DNA of 62,651 nucleotides, filler included, from Dugesia japonica (Eukaryota), in the NCBI GenBank assembly GCA_001938525.1. It is 5 parts of 5 records of this genome, joined end to end, with 100 filler letters (N's around TTAATTAATTAA, not from the genome) between each part and the next. Parts side by side here need not be neighbours in the genome. Positions count along the whole stretch, not along the records: positions 28,238 to 43,588 come from MQRL01644701.1; positions 43,689 to 52,420 come from MQRL01564383.1; 3 more parts are not named here. One strand, written 5' to 3'. Positions 35,901-48,400 of this stretch are shown in pieces. Within the stretch, counting starts at the first letter, position 1. Every line of letters starts with the position of its first letter. The notes under the pieces are model-generated. The model saw nothing but the letters and a program-made list of their open reading frames with translations. It ran no database searches and had not been told where the DNA came from. The position numbers were made by a program, and so were the translations under genes.

Positions 35901-38900
35901 ATGGAAATTTCATTTCAGAAATTAAAATTTTTATTTTAAAAACTTCATTGTCTAAAAATTAACTTTTCCACTTGGAGCAATAGTTCCAGAAGAAGACATA
36001 GCCGAAATATTGAACTCTTTATGAAAATAGAAATCTTTGCAATTGAAAATAAATTTGACTTATTAAATTTGTTTTTCAAAATATTTGTTTGAGAAATAGA
36101 AATTGAAAAAAATTAATTATTATTTTTGTTTATATAAATAAAAATTTATACAATGTTTACAAAACTCTAAAATGCTTTGTTTTCTTTCATTATTTGGAGA
36201 GCCATTCAAGAATCGCACGATTTACAACAGCGATACTTAAATGATTCTGAGTTTGCTCTTGATGTCGGTTTTTTACCATCATTAAATTTTGTTCCAATTG
36301 CAGATGTGGTTCAATTATTTGTTGAACTTGTCGACAGTACATAAATTAACTGTGCTTCACCCTCTACTTTATTGTTTTAAAGATACATAGATTTTTCGCC
36401 CACGTAGAAAAATTAAATGCAGACAACCATTATACTCTTTTAGTTTATGGAACTTCTTTTTTTACTGGAAGTCTTTTAACTGTTGTCAATTCTTATTAAA
36501 TTTTCATAGAATTGCGGCTTTATCATAAATACATATAATACGAAGCCATATTTCAATATATTTATTGCATCTGGATTCTCTCCAGAATTACTATTGTTAA
36601 ATTAGTTTGCTTTATACTTCGTTTTAGTTTTTTCGTCCTTTAGNAATAATAACGCTTTAGTGTGAATGCCAACTATTAAAATTNATAACTTGAAAATTAT
36701 GGGCTAACACGTTCGCTGCTAACTACGAGATAACTCGTATAAGATGTTTCATTTATTACACCAACTACGAGTTAGCTCTTAAAATGATTATTATTTTTGT
36801 AGTCATGATTCTTAGTTGAAAATATATGATAACTNNNNNNNNNNNNNNNNNNNNNNNNNNNNNNNNNNNNNNNNNNNNNNNNNNNNNNNNNNNNNNNNNN
36901 NNNNNNNNNNNNNNNNNNNNNNNNNNNNNNNNNNNNNNNNTATTTCTTATTTGGATGAATCATTTTCACTATACGCCAACTGTGGGGTATCTTAGTGTTA
37001 ATATATTAATTGAGAAAAATATGAATATAATATATTATTATCTATGATTAAAAAAAAATTTTTAATTTTTTAAAAACAACATCTATACACGATGTGGCTT
37101 GGAGGTAAAAATATAAAATTATGTGGCAGCGAATGTGCTAAATGAACATTAATATTGATTTTAATCTATTAAAAACTGAGTGCAGAATCATCAATGTGTA
37201 ATAAATTAATTTAATTTTAACTTTTAAATTTACAAATCTCACACTATTATTAATGATAATCGAAATTTTCTTTATTAGTTATAACAAACATTAATACACT
37301 TCTTCCGCTTTGATTTTCGTATACTTTGTGACTTAGCCAAATAAAATTTAAAAAATGATTACAATTAGTAAATGAGAAGTTGTCTGTTTGTTTATCTTTT
37401 TTGAAATCATGTTTTGACTACTATTTTTCAAAATTACTTTCGCTTTTCTCATTAAATAATTATTATCTATGTTAAAAACAGTATTTTCTTAATAAAATAA
37501 TATTTTATTTTATCAATTCATACTAATAAATTTATTTAATTCCGGATTTTTTTGGTGCGCTGCGGAACAAATTCCCCTTACTCGGTGTGCCATGAAGTAA
37601 ATAAATGAATTTTATCACATGTTCACAGTTTTGTCTATAAATGGCTAAATGCTTTAATTTTATAATAATATCAGATTTATCGACAAAAATAAATTACAAT
37701 CCATATTCTTGATATTATTATAAAGTTAAGTTACGTTTAAATTGATAAGTAATAATCATCCCCATGAAGTATTGTAATTTATTTTATTTCAACAAATATC
37801 ATAGACGAAATCTTTACTTTATTTCTTCAAATTTTTGATAATGATCGACAATGCTTTATTAAAATAAAAATTAAATCTTAAANNNNNNNNNNTAAATTTT
37901 TTTATATAATTTAGTATTGTATAAAATCTAAATCAATACGTTTACTGTTGATGGCGGTAGCCATATTATTACTTATTACTATTTATGCGGAATTTATAGA
38001 ATTTCAACAGAAGATATAAAAATAAAACTTTTACTCAGATTTCAAATTTTTGTACTTGTTTTTTAAAATTGTTTACCTTCATTAAAAACTTTTGAATCAT
38101 GATTTTAAATTTTTGTAAGCACATTTAAAATATATTATAAAGTGTTATGATAATTTCAAAAAATACAAATAAAAATGTTTTTGTACATTTAGAAAATACA
38201 TACTAAAAATGAATATAAAAGAAATCAGAAACACAAATACACAAACAACTTATTAAACAAATACAATGTAGATGTAATTTATAAAGATATATAAATATAA
38301 AAAACATAGTATTCAGATCATAATTTATTCTTATTCCTCAATAATTGCTTCACAATTTATGCACCTAGATATAAAACCAATCAAATGTGATAATACCCTT
38401 CACAATCTCCAGTAGTTATTAAATTACCAACATTTTCAATTAATGTAAAAAGTTCTTGTTCATTAGATGGTCTTGCTTGCCTTATATTTTGTTACCATTT
38501 GGAAAACAATTTTTATAGGATTGAGGAAAGGTGAGTATGTTGTAAGAAAATAAAGGTGTCCTTTCTTGTTAATTATATCATGTATTTGACATGATCGATG
38601 GAATAGATTAGAATATATGGAATGGATTATTATCACTATAGGCCCATGTCCATCAATTGTTATTAAATTTTCAATATAAGAAGCAAATGTAATCGTATTA
38701 TAAGTAATAGTTTACGCATGGCGTTTGATAATTCCTGTTTTTGCCATTGCACGAGAAACTGAAATATTGCGTGATCTCAAGTCTNNNNNNNNNNNNNNNN
38801 NNNNNNNNNNNNNNNNNNNNNNNNNNNNNNNNNNNNNNNNNNNNNNNNNNNNNNNNNNNNNNNNNNNNNNNNNNNNNNNNNNNNNNNNNNNTAAGCTTAA

Positions 38901-40455
38901 ATTTTTAAGTAAGCGTCTGGCATAAGTAGTCATTGTTTCTATTGGTTGCTCGTCATTTCTTCTTGACGGAATCAATATTATTTTCTTATATTACCAAAAC
39001 CATTAACATAATTATAGATTGTTTTTATTGATACTAAAACATTATTTGTATCAATTAACTTTTGTCTTAATGTCACAAGTGTTATACTATCATCTTCATC
39101 TATTCAATTTTTAAAAGCCGTTATATGCTCTTCGTTCAATGTTGTTTCTAAGACCACCCTGCAGTTTACTTTCAACACGCTCTTCTGGTAAATATACGGT
39201 TATAATTGAATATATTGTTGATAAAGAAATATTGAATATTGTAGGAATTTCTTTTTTTGAATGACTATTTAAATATGAATCAATTATCCTTCTTATATCG
39301 TGTGAAATCATTTCATGGTTTGTAAAATTACTAATAATTTTAAATTGATTTACAAAAATTTTAAATTTATTTACAAAAATTTTAAATTTATTTACAAAAT
39401 CCGAAATTAAATTATTAAAATTCGAAATGTGGGTACAAACCCTGTTAATTAAACTTTTATTGTCGAACATTCGAAATAACAACTAAAGAAATTTGATCTG
39501 CACTCATTTTTGAAATATAATAATTTATCGTAATTAAAATGATAAAATTTTGAAACAAACCTTTAAAATATTTAATTTTTTTCATCTTTATTTGATTAAT
39601 CGTTAGTTAGTAATTAATATTTTTATTTTAACAAAGATGCCAATCAAACTGGGGGTATTGGAGATATGATAAGATGTATTCCAGAATCTTTAAAGATTAG
39701 TAGTACACTGCAGTTATCTCAAAAAGACAAAATAATGCAATCTATTGTTGAAGAACAATCACCGGACAATATAAGTTTATCTCCAAAGCCATCAGAGATT
39801 GACATCTCAAATCTTGTTGAAGGTAGCTATCTAAAATTTTTTCAAAATTTTAAATTTTTTTTCTCTAAGAAAATAACGATCCCGGTACTAATTTATTATG
39901 GAAATTCAGTAAAAAGCATGGAGAATTACAAAAAGAAGTATCTCACGATAAGTCTTTAAAAGAAGATTTCCAAGAAGTTATGGATAAAGCTATCAGTCCG
40001 CCATCTGAAGTATTTATTTAAATTTTAAAATTGCTTACAAATGAATTTTTTGATTTATAATAATTTATTACTTTCAGTAAATCTAATTTTATAAGTTCTA
40101 ATAATTTATGCACCCAGAAACGATTAAGATTGTATAAGGAATAATGTGCAATTCAATCGAAAAATTCATTAACTAGCTTTGTCTGCATTATAACTGAAAT
40201 GTAAACATTCTTGATATATTGAAAGTTGCGTGATTCATTGAATTAGATTATAATATTTATTGATTGCTTAAATAGAAAATCATGTTCATATTAAATATCC
40301 ATGTTTTATTAATAGTAACAAATATTTTTCAGAAAATTTGTGAAAAATCTACAAGTAGTCGCTATGGTGGTTCAGAATATCATACTCCTAATTCTTCGCC
40401 TAAACTTGTAAAGTCATCTACACTTCCAAAATCTTCAAGAAGCTCAACAAAAAAT
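29943..40455 (+). CDS. WDR47: WDR47 (nemitin) ortholog, N-terminal LisH/CTLH half. Exons 29943-30116, 30159-30326, 30371-30523, 34670-34859, 34911-35242, 35297-35453, 39637-39822, 39870-40009, 40333-40455; WD40 exons absent.
   Basis: EADIIKLILEFL..ISMLSLERETG.VNG.YSEDMLF.RQ..LEG-WDD.L....PL; KYLELLC; LCPT.EDY.ELC.LL.LP; WNPSISRVHCF; DRLVQLLIKGLFYEGCVEFC; DLSL..WLQ all match WDR47. Canonical splice sites keep the frame. Confidence 0.93.
30885..31300 (-). mobile_element. Mariner transposase relic in a WDR47 intron
   Basis: Minus strand gives RFKNE..DK..GR..KKY, and RKSFLHRTVT...IYIEN resembling the first catalytic-D region. Confidence 0.55.
31979..32557. mobile_element. hAT/Charlie-type non-autonomous elements (short copy 31979-32061, longer copy 32071-32557)
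   Basis: TIR (c/t)agtgtttctcaaccg at 32071 and cggttgagaaacactg at 32542-32557. TSDs are not matched. Confidence 0.55.
32890..33400 (+). mobile_element. Decayed BED-finger (hAT-like) transposase fragment
   Basis: RKSKIWEHFL...NAK...INHLKNRHQI, followed by VVASLVAVDGFSF. Confidence 0.45.
33821..34471. mobile_element. TIR-type non-autonomous element, with a second partial copy at about 35599-35703
   Basis: A near-identical block of about 105 bp (ggggaacttattttaaaaaaattc.ccgaaaatcgaggaat...ccatgatcta) occurs at 33841 and 35599. Imperfect TIRs taca.ta..ccTT..gggga. Confidence 0.5.
38330..39310 (-). mobile_element. Tc1/IS630-like transposase relic
   Basis: Minus strand HLYFLTTYSPFLNPI..FSKW (YSP.lNPIE motif), plus N-terminal HTH-like RRIIDSY..SKKEI..IFNISLSTIYSII. 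Confidence 0.6.
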
Positions 40456-40789
40456 GTAAGACTTTATTTTCGTATTTGGGGAACTGCTATTTGGAACATC
40501 TTTTTACTTAAAGCAGCTTGTCATATATTTTATGATTACTATCAGACATTAATTTTCTTTTTTGTTTGGTTATGAGACTGAGACTAAAGCTTAACATTGC
40601 AATTATTTTAAATGTTTTATATATAATTTTATATACTTATAATTTACTTATAATTTTTATATTCGGCTGGTAAGGAAATAATGTCAGTTTTCAATTTTTA
40701 ACTGAATTAATGCAAAGACAGCTAAACGTTATTAATTAAAATAGTAACCATTGCAATCAACATTGTCAAAGAAAATTAGCTTTCTCTTT

Positions 40790-41075
40790 CCAGTCGTATT
40801 TATCAAGCTACTTCACCTTGCCTAATTGTTTGAGATGATTTAGAATTGCTACATGACTGACATTTAACTCTTGGACAAGCTGTCGAATAGTTGTGGACGG
40901 ATCTGCCTTAATCAAGTAATTAATTTTTCATTATCCATAGAAGCTGGACGCCCACGATTTTCTACATTTTCGAGGGTCTCATCCCCATCTCTAAAATTTT
41001 AGAACCGCCTCCTCATCGAGCCTCCTCATCAACCCTGGTCGAAGGCGCAATTGATATTCCGATTTGCCTTTGCTA
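40790..41075 (-). mobile_element. Mariner N-terminal HTH fragment
   Basis: NFRDGDETLENVENRGRP..DP.TTIRQLVQELNVSH.AILNHLKQLGKVK. Confidence 0.7.
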
Positions 41076-41189
41076 GCTATAAATAATATAATATAACACA
41101 CACACACACACATTAATATAAAATATAATAGAATTTACTTATAACAAATAAATTTACAATAAAGATTTAGAAAAGCTATTTAGAAAAGA

Positions 41190-41705
41190 ATGAAAGAAAG
41201 TCTTTCCTACATCATATAACCACTAGAGATGAAATTCGTATTTATTTTGTTAATTCTAAGCGTAAAATATTGTGGGTTAATCCATGCCAACCGACAAATT
41301 CAACCGCAAAACGTAATTTGCATGAAAAAAGTTTTATTTTTTGTGTGGACGGATCAAAAAGGTATTCTGTACTATGAGTTACTGAAACCAGGAGAAACAG
41401 CTATGGCAAATATTATGAACATCAAATAATGAAATTAAATTATGAACTCACAGCAAAACGACCAGAGTGAGCTGCTAGTCTTTTGAACTTGATCTTGTTG
41501 CATGACAACATCCGGGCTCATGTTGCAAAACCTGTCAAAGACAGGTTAAAAGAGTTGGAATGGGAAGTATTACCCCACCCACCGTACTCCACAGACATTG
41601 CTCTGTCGGATTACCACTTATTCTGGTCGATGACACACGGTATTTCGGAACAGAGCTTCACAAATTATGAAGATGTTAAAAAGTGGCTAGATGATTGGAA
41701 TGCTC
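41190..41705 (+). mobile_element. Mariner (DD34D) catalytic-domain fragment
   Basis: VWTDQKGILYYELLKPGET; LLHDNIRAHVAK..LEWEVLPHPPYSTDIALSDYHLF. Confidence 0.9.
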
Positions 41706-41859
41706 GAAACAAAATCAATTGTTCTATGTTGTAGTTGCGATCAAGGAATTACTGAAATGAAAAGATCCATTTTGGTAACTGAACCCATTTTAGTAAAGAT
41801 CCTTAAATCTTCACGTATGTTTATTAGAATTTATTGGCAAAAAGGCACTAAGACTTTGA

Positions 41860-42300
41860 GGCGAAGGTGTCATTTTCCAAATTCACGAGTTATATTTTAC
41901 CACAAACACAAATATCATAGAAGTAGGCAATCTGAATATGAAATTTGGGTATTTGGAATCATCGATACGTCATTTACTCCTACAAAACGGTATGTGTGCG
42001 TTGTGCCAGATAGAAAAACCACAATCTTAATGTCATTTATTGAAGATGTATTGTTTCCTGACCTATTAGTTCACAGTGATGAATGGAAAGCGTACAAATC
42101 TTTTTGTTCCATGGTTTTAAACACTCCACAGTAAACTAAAAATTTAATTTCGTGACTTTTTTAAATGGTATCAATACCCGACACATTGAATCATATTAGA
42201 ATACGAATAAGATTCAATGCAAAAAATGATGGGAGTTAAAAAAGTTCACCTTCAAAGCTTTTTAAACGAATTTATGTTGAGAGACAAATTAGATGGCGAC
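41860..42300 (+). mobile_element. Merlin / IS1595-type transposase fragment
   Basis: HKHKYHRSR..WVFGII..VVPDRK.TIL..I...VHSDEWKAY, followed by decayed NF..GINT.HIES and LQSFLNEF. Confidence 0.8.
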
Positions 42301-43099
42301 AATTTGATTAATCTCTACCTTGATAAAATATTATTGGAAACTTAAATAATTTTGTTTTGTGTTTTTATACTTTATACTCATTAATTTAATTTACTTAATA
42401 CACATTAATTTAAATACTTGTTTTTTAGTTCAATATTTATTTTCTAATACTGTAATTTATGAGTTTAGTATAGGGGCGTGGTTTTAAATAGTGTAAATTT
42501 GGGGCTATGGTTTTAAATATAAACAGCAATAGGTGTGAATTTTCACATCTATGAGGTCAAATTTTTGGTGTTTGTTTTAAGTAGATCCGATTTTTCTCAT
42601 ACCAAGCAAAAAATCGGATAGAAACATATGTATGTGTTTCTGAGTTGGTAAATGTAATTTATTTTCGTGTAACCATATTTCTAAACACGAATATGTCTAA
42701 AAGTATGATGGTTGATGATGAGTCTTAACGTTATTCTCACTATTAGAGGTTGGGCTTAGTAGATAGATAGTGAGAGTAAAGAATAGCACACATTTGGTAC
42801 CCCCCCGATGTAATCGGATTATTACATAACGGTTTTTGTATTTTTCTAATGTAAATAGGCGGCGGCACACATTTGTGTGCATTACATAATGTAATTAATT
42901 TTGTCGCGATATTATTACGCAACTGTTTTTTAAATTTCCCTGTGTATTTAATTGGGAAAACTTTTTGTACACAAATTATTTCATCAGATTAATTTTATTG
43001 GTGGAATTTTACGTAATAGGATTAACTGTTTTTTAAATTTTCCTGTGTATTTAGTTGGGAAAATTTTTTAGGCTTATTAAGCGGCAATGTTTTTTAGGC

Positions 43100-43588
43100 T
43101 TTTTAGTTGGGAATTTATTCGGTGAGGTTGAATGAGGTCAATTTTTGATTGGTTCAGGTAAATTTAGTTAAATATTTCCTCGTGTTTTAGCAGTTTGGGC
43201 AAATTTAGTTGGATTTAGGTAATTTTTGGATGATTTGGTCGAAAATTTCTTTGATGAGATCGAATATTGTCAATTTTTGACTGGTTTTGGAGAATTTGGT
43301 CCAAAATTTTCTCAGGATTGGGAATTATTAGATGATTGGGTCAAATTTTGTGTAATTTTTGGGTGATTGGTCAATCATTTCCTCAGGATGGGTTGGTTTG
43401 GGTAATTTTTGGGCGTTTTGGTCAAATTTTTCCTCAGGATTGGTAATTTTTTGGGGATTTTTTTGTTGAAATTTTTCTTGGTGAGGTCGAATAAGGTCGA
43501 GTTTTGGTGAATTTGGTCGAATATTTCCTCGAGTTTGATCAGTTTGGGCAAACTTGGTCGGTTTTAGGTCATATTTGGATGTTTTGGT
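43100..43588. repeat. Degenerate G/T-rich minisatellite-like array
   Basis: Repeated aatttggtc / tttcctc / aatttttgg subunits, with a higher-order recurrence at about 43121 and 43481. Confidence 0.6.
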
Positions 43589-43688
43589 NNNNNNNNNNNN
43601 NNNNNNNNNNNNNNNNNNNNNNNNNNNNNNNNTTAATTAATTAANNNNNNNNNNNNNNNNNNNNNNNNNNNNNNNNNNNNNNNNNNNN

Positions 43689-45402
43689 AAAATTATGTAG
43701 TTCTCCAATCTTGGCATTTCCAAATCCTCAAAGTAAAATGATATTAGATACAGGCGTGAGTTTCAATGCAATTGGTGTTGTTTTGAGTCAATTGTCGAGA
43801 GATGGTGTGGGAACTGTTATTGTTTATGCATCTCGTAATTTGAATGATCATGCATAGGGTTATTGTGTAACCAGAAAGGAATTAATGGCACTACACGAAT
43901 TTATGATTCATTTCAAGCATTATCTCTATGAAAAAAACTTCATCGCCCGAACTGATCATAAGGCATTAGTGTTTATGAAAACAACAAGTAAACCAATTAG
44001 TTCACAGTTCCAGACGTGGATTGCAAACCTAGCAGAATTTGATTTTGATCTTCAATTTCATAAATGCATTGATCATCGGAATGCTGATGGATTATCAAGA
44101 ATAGGAGACAGTTTATGTGTCTAATGTTTGACAACTCATCACGATGCAAAAGGTGAAAAATCTAGAGTTAGAAGAATTAATAAAGTAGAAAGCTCAAGTT
44201 ATGATAAAGAAAGTATCATAAAAAATCAAAGTAATTATCAAATTACCAAAGAGATAATTGAATATATTAAAGATCAAAGCTTCCAAGTTAGTAAAAGTTT
44301 AAATAAAAGTAAATACTTCAGAGATATTGATAAACTCGTTATGGAAGAAGATATATTGCTGTTTCTTAATATAAATTTGAAGAGGATTGCTTTAGCATGT
44401 AAATCAGTGGTTAATTGAATAAATTACATTCATGAAGAATTATGTCACTTGAAAACGAGAAAATTAACTGAATATATTCAAACAACTTATTTTTGGCCTG
44501 GTATGTTCAGAACAATTGAACATGAGTTTAAAAAAATACTTAATTTGCAATCAAAGAAAAACATATACAGGCAGAACAAAATAATTTTTATTACCTCGAA
44601 TCGACTTTGGAGCATTAGAACAGATTGTCAGTGATACAGCTTATTTTGATGAATCAAAGCTAAAGAAGAAGTATGTTTTAGTCATTATAAATCGATACAG
44701 TAAACTTGTTAGCCTGTCAGCCATGGCACAACAAGACGAAAAGTCTGTAGTTGAATCAATAAAAGAGAATTGGATATATAGATTCGGAAAGCCCAAATCC
44801 ATACTAACAGATAGAGGCAAGATATTCGAAGGAAAATTGATGGAAAGGTATGACTCAGAAATTTGGAATTACCCAAGAATTTTTGTCTCCATACCAACGT
44901 CAATCAAACGGATTGGCAGAAAGAACGACAAGGACTCTGCGTGATATGATTGTCACTACAATACAAAGTGGATGTGAAGAAGTTAGTTGGGATAAGCTAT
45001 TACCTCGAATTCAATTTTCAATTAATGCAACCCAACAAAAGGCAGCTGGAGTATTACCGTTTGAAATAATTTATGGATGAAAAATTATGATTCGTGGACC
45101 ATTACTAAATGATAATACAAGCAGTGGAGAAGTTAGAGAATTAGTTGATAAAAATTTGAAAAATGCGGCACTGAATTTAAATGAATATGAATCAGATAAA
45201 AGAGAACATCGGCATTTTGTTGAAGGGTTGTAAAGGTAGAATCTCACAACTTGAAGAAAAACGGATACAGATATGAAGGTCCTTTTGACATATTAAAATT
45301 TCTAGGCCCACACCAAGTGCTTTTAAATTATTCTGGAATCCTTAAACAACGAAGAATCGAGTGGCTAAAAAACAGATGTTCAAAAAGATTAAAAAAGAGC
45401 GA
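43689..45402 (+). mobile_element. Second, unrelated Gypsy pol relic (RNase H + integrase) with a purine tract before a probable LTR start at 45403
   Basis: YCVTRKELMAL, RTDHKAL, NADGLSR, H..LCH, YFWPGM, WIYRFGKPKSILTDRG, SPYQRQSNGLAER, EGPF; then aaaaaagagcga|TGTTAG. Confidence 0.88.
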
Positions 45403-48400
45403 TGTTAGATATAATATTTAAACATATTTGTTTAAATATTAATGATTTAGTATAATTTTAATAAACTTTGAAAATGTCTACTTTTGAATTACAAAATCTA
45501 ACTGGTTTGCTTGTTTATGATAACTTAATATTTTATTCAAATACTATTAATCACAGTAGATAAAAGAAAATTTTTATAAAGATTTATCTAAGAAAATTGT
45601 ATTTTTATCCTTGAAAAACAATATTTATTCATGAGAAGTATGAAGTACTTGTGTGGTTTATTGATAAAAGGTAGTTTAATCCATCTCAGAAAAATGAAGT
45701 TAGTACTATTTTAAGTAACAAGTCCGATGATATATATAGTTCATTAGAATTAGTTTTTTTAAGTTGTTCAAAATACAGCGAAATGTTAACATACAATAGG
45801 TAATCACTGGAAAGTTGAACATAATTGCGTTTCCCATAATAGTGATAATGATGAAGTTCTGGAAGATAAATCTGAAGATATATTTTTCACTCTTATACTT
45901 TGGTTAATATAAAGGGTTTTTTATTGTGGCATTGACAAGAATGAGATCATCGTCAGTAACTTGAAATTCAAATAATAGATTAATTTAAAAGAAAGTCTAA
46001 TTTTGTTGATGAAAAAATTTCATCCAATTAAAATTTAAGTGTGAACTACAAGAATAAAGGAAAATATTATGAAATTGTGAGAGAAACATAAAAATCACTA
46101 GGTCCAACATGGTAATATTCTCTGCGCACATTTTTCATTGGAAATAATGAAAATAAGAAATTATTAATATCCATAAGATTTAAGAGTACCAAAGTAGATA
46201 AAATTTCATGATTGTGAATTTTCAGACGTAAAGACTTCTCAGAAAATATGTAAAATATTATAACTTATGCAGGTAAAGATGATAAATATTGGGAATCTGG
46301 AAAAGAAGAAATCGATTAGAAAATAAAAGAATTAAGTTTTTGGGTGGTCAGTTGAGTTCCAATCTGTAGAAATCAACTGCACTCAATGAGTCAGTGTGAT
46401 GTCACCTGGGACATGGGTGTTATGCTTTGTTGTTTAATAAAACTTTGTATTATATTATTTATTTAATAATTAATATCGAAGATCATGTAACTGTTTTATA
46501 CTTTAAAATTTCATTTTTATTAGTAAAAAATATTTCATATTTCATCAAAAAATATTTATTTTTGGAAAATACTGTAAAAATTATTATTTTATATCCTGTC
46601 TGACTTCATGTTTGTAAGATTTTGTAGTAAAATTTTAAAAGAAATGATGAGCACTTTATGAAAAATTAATTATAATCAATAAATATAAAATACTTCGTAA
46701 TAATACTCTTCATTAATTATATTTAAAAGAACTATAGGATCTGTGAGTCTTTCTTTAAAACACATTTCGCAATTGATCATTCGAAAACTATTTTTAAATT
46801 TACAAGCGTCACAGCACCAATTTTCTATATTATCTAGATATATAACAAATTTTTAGTTCATATTGTAATAATAAATAATTATGAAACACTCAATTATAAT
46901 AAATTACTAATAAACGTAATTAATAAATTTAGAATATATCCGGTTAGTAAATTAATTATGATTTTATCAAATTTTTATTATTTATAAATATTATAATATA
47001 TGTAGTATATTTTTTATATTTATCAGTATTTAAAATTAAAATATATTTAAGATATTTGTTCAATATATTTTCTATGAAAAATAAAGAACATTTAAATGCA
47101 AAATTCATATTTAAGTCTCAATAAATATCTCTTGAAAATTATTAATAAATATTAATGAAAGCCAGAGAACTGCCTATATTTATGAAAATTTATTCAAAAC
47201 ATCATTTGCAATAATTTTGTTTTAATAAAATTTTACAGAAAAAATTACCTTTTCAAATGTTAGCAGTGATTAGACTTATTATTAATAATCTTATTTATAG
47301 AAAGTATAAAATTACCTACCGATCATTATTAATAAAACGAAGATTCTTGTAATAAAATATATTTAATAACAAAAACAGATGAATTTTAAAATTATTACTG
47401 TTATTACCATCGAGGTTACGTAAAATATTTAAAATATTAAAACAAAATGAATTTTAAAAAAAGATTGTTAATTGATTACGTTTATCCGAAATAGTGAATT
47501 TTACACTAAATTTACTTATATAAAAGGAAATAAAATCATAAATAATAAAAACTTCAACTCATTTATAAAAATAGATTTCTATTATCCACTACTTTATCTA
47601 TCGTGTTTCGTTACAATATAAAAGTACTAAGTCATTTATTAATCGAATATTTCACGATGATAATTGAAAATATATACGATGACATTTCATTCAACATTTT
47701 TGCCGAACCAAGTCTTAAGCTGATTCAGTCGAATTTGCTTAAATGAACTAAATTAAAATGTTTTCAAGTTTCAAATTGAAATAAAAGTTAATTAAACCAC
47801 TAAGAATTATAATTTTTTTTATTCTTTACAACATAAAATAATAAAAAATTGCATTTCAAGTACAGAAAATTTTTCATTTTTGTTGCTTATGCTAGGAACT
47901 AAAACAATTGAATTTAATCTGCTGTTTGGTTGATTTAGCTGGGGAGTAACAATTATCGGGAAGCGGACATCGACAATATTAAGTCTAATTTGATATTTTA
48001 ATAAAACATAATATCACTGTGCAACCACTTAATCTAGTACTTTAACATAATAAATACTCAAAATAAAAATACTGATGAATACGATTTCTTTCGATATTTT
48101 CAATTTAAATTTGTTAATTTAGATCGACGTTAAATAAATACATAAATTTATTGTAATAATTTATAAATTTAAGAATTTGATTCGTTCTAGTAAAATACTA
48201 CATGTTATAGCTTTGATAAAGTGTATTGTCATGAATCGTACAACTTTTATATAGAATTTCAGCCAAATTAACTTCTTTCACCATTTTAACTGATTCTTCG
48301 AAACTGAATAATTAATATCAACATTTATATTTGTTAGGCTAGAATGAGTCTTTGCAGTAAAGCAAGAGTAAATTAAAGCAAAATCAATGATGAACTTAGA

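Noticed and set aside
27472-43588. P4HA and WDR47 as truncated pseudogenes
   Set aside because: The visible exons are intact and in frame; the missing 3' exons coincide with contig joins.
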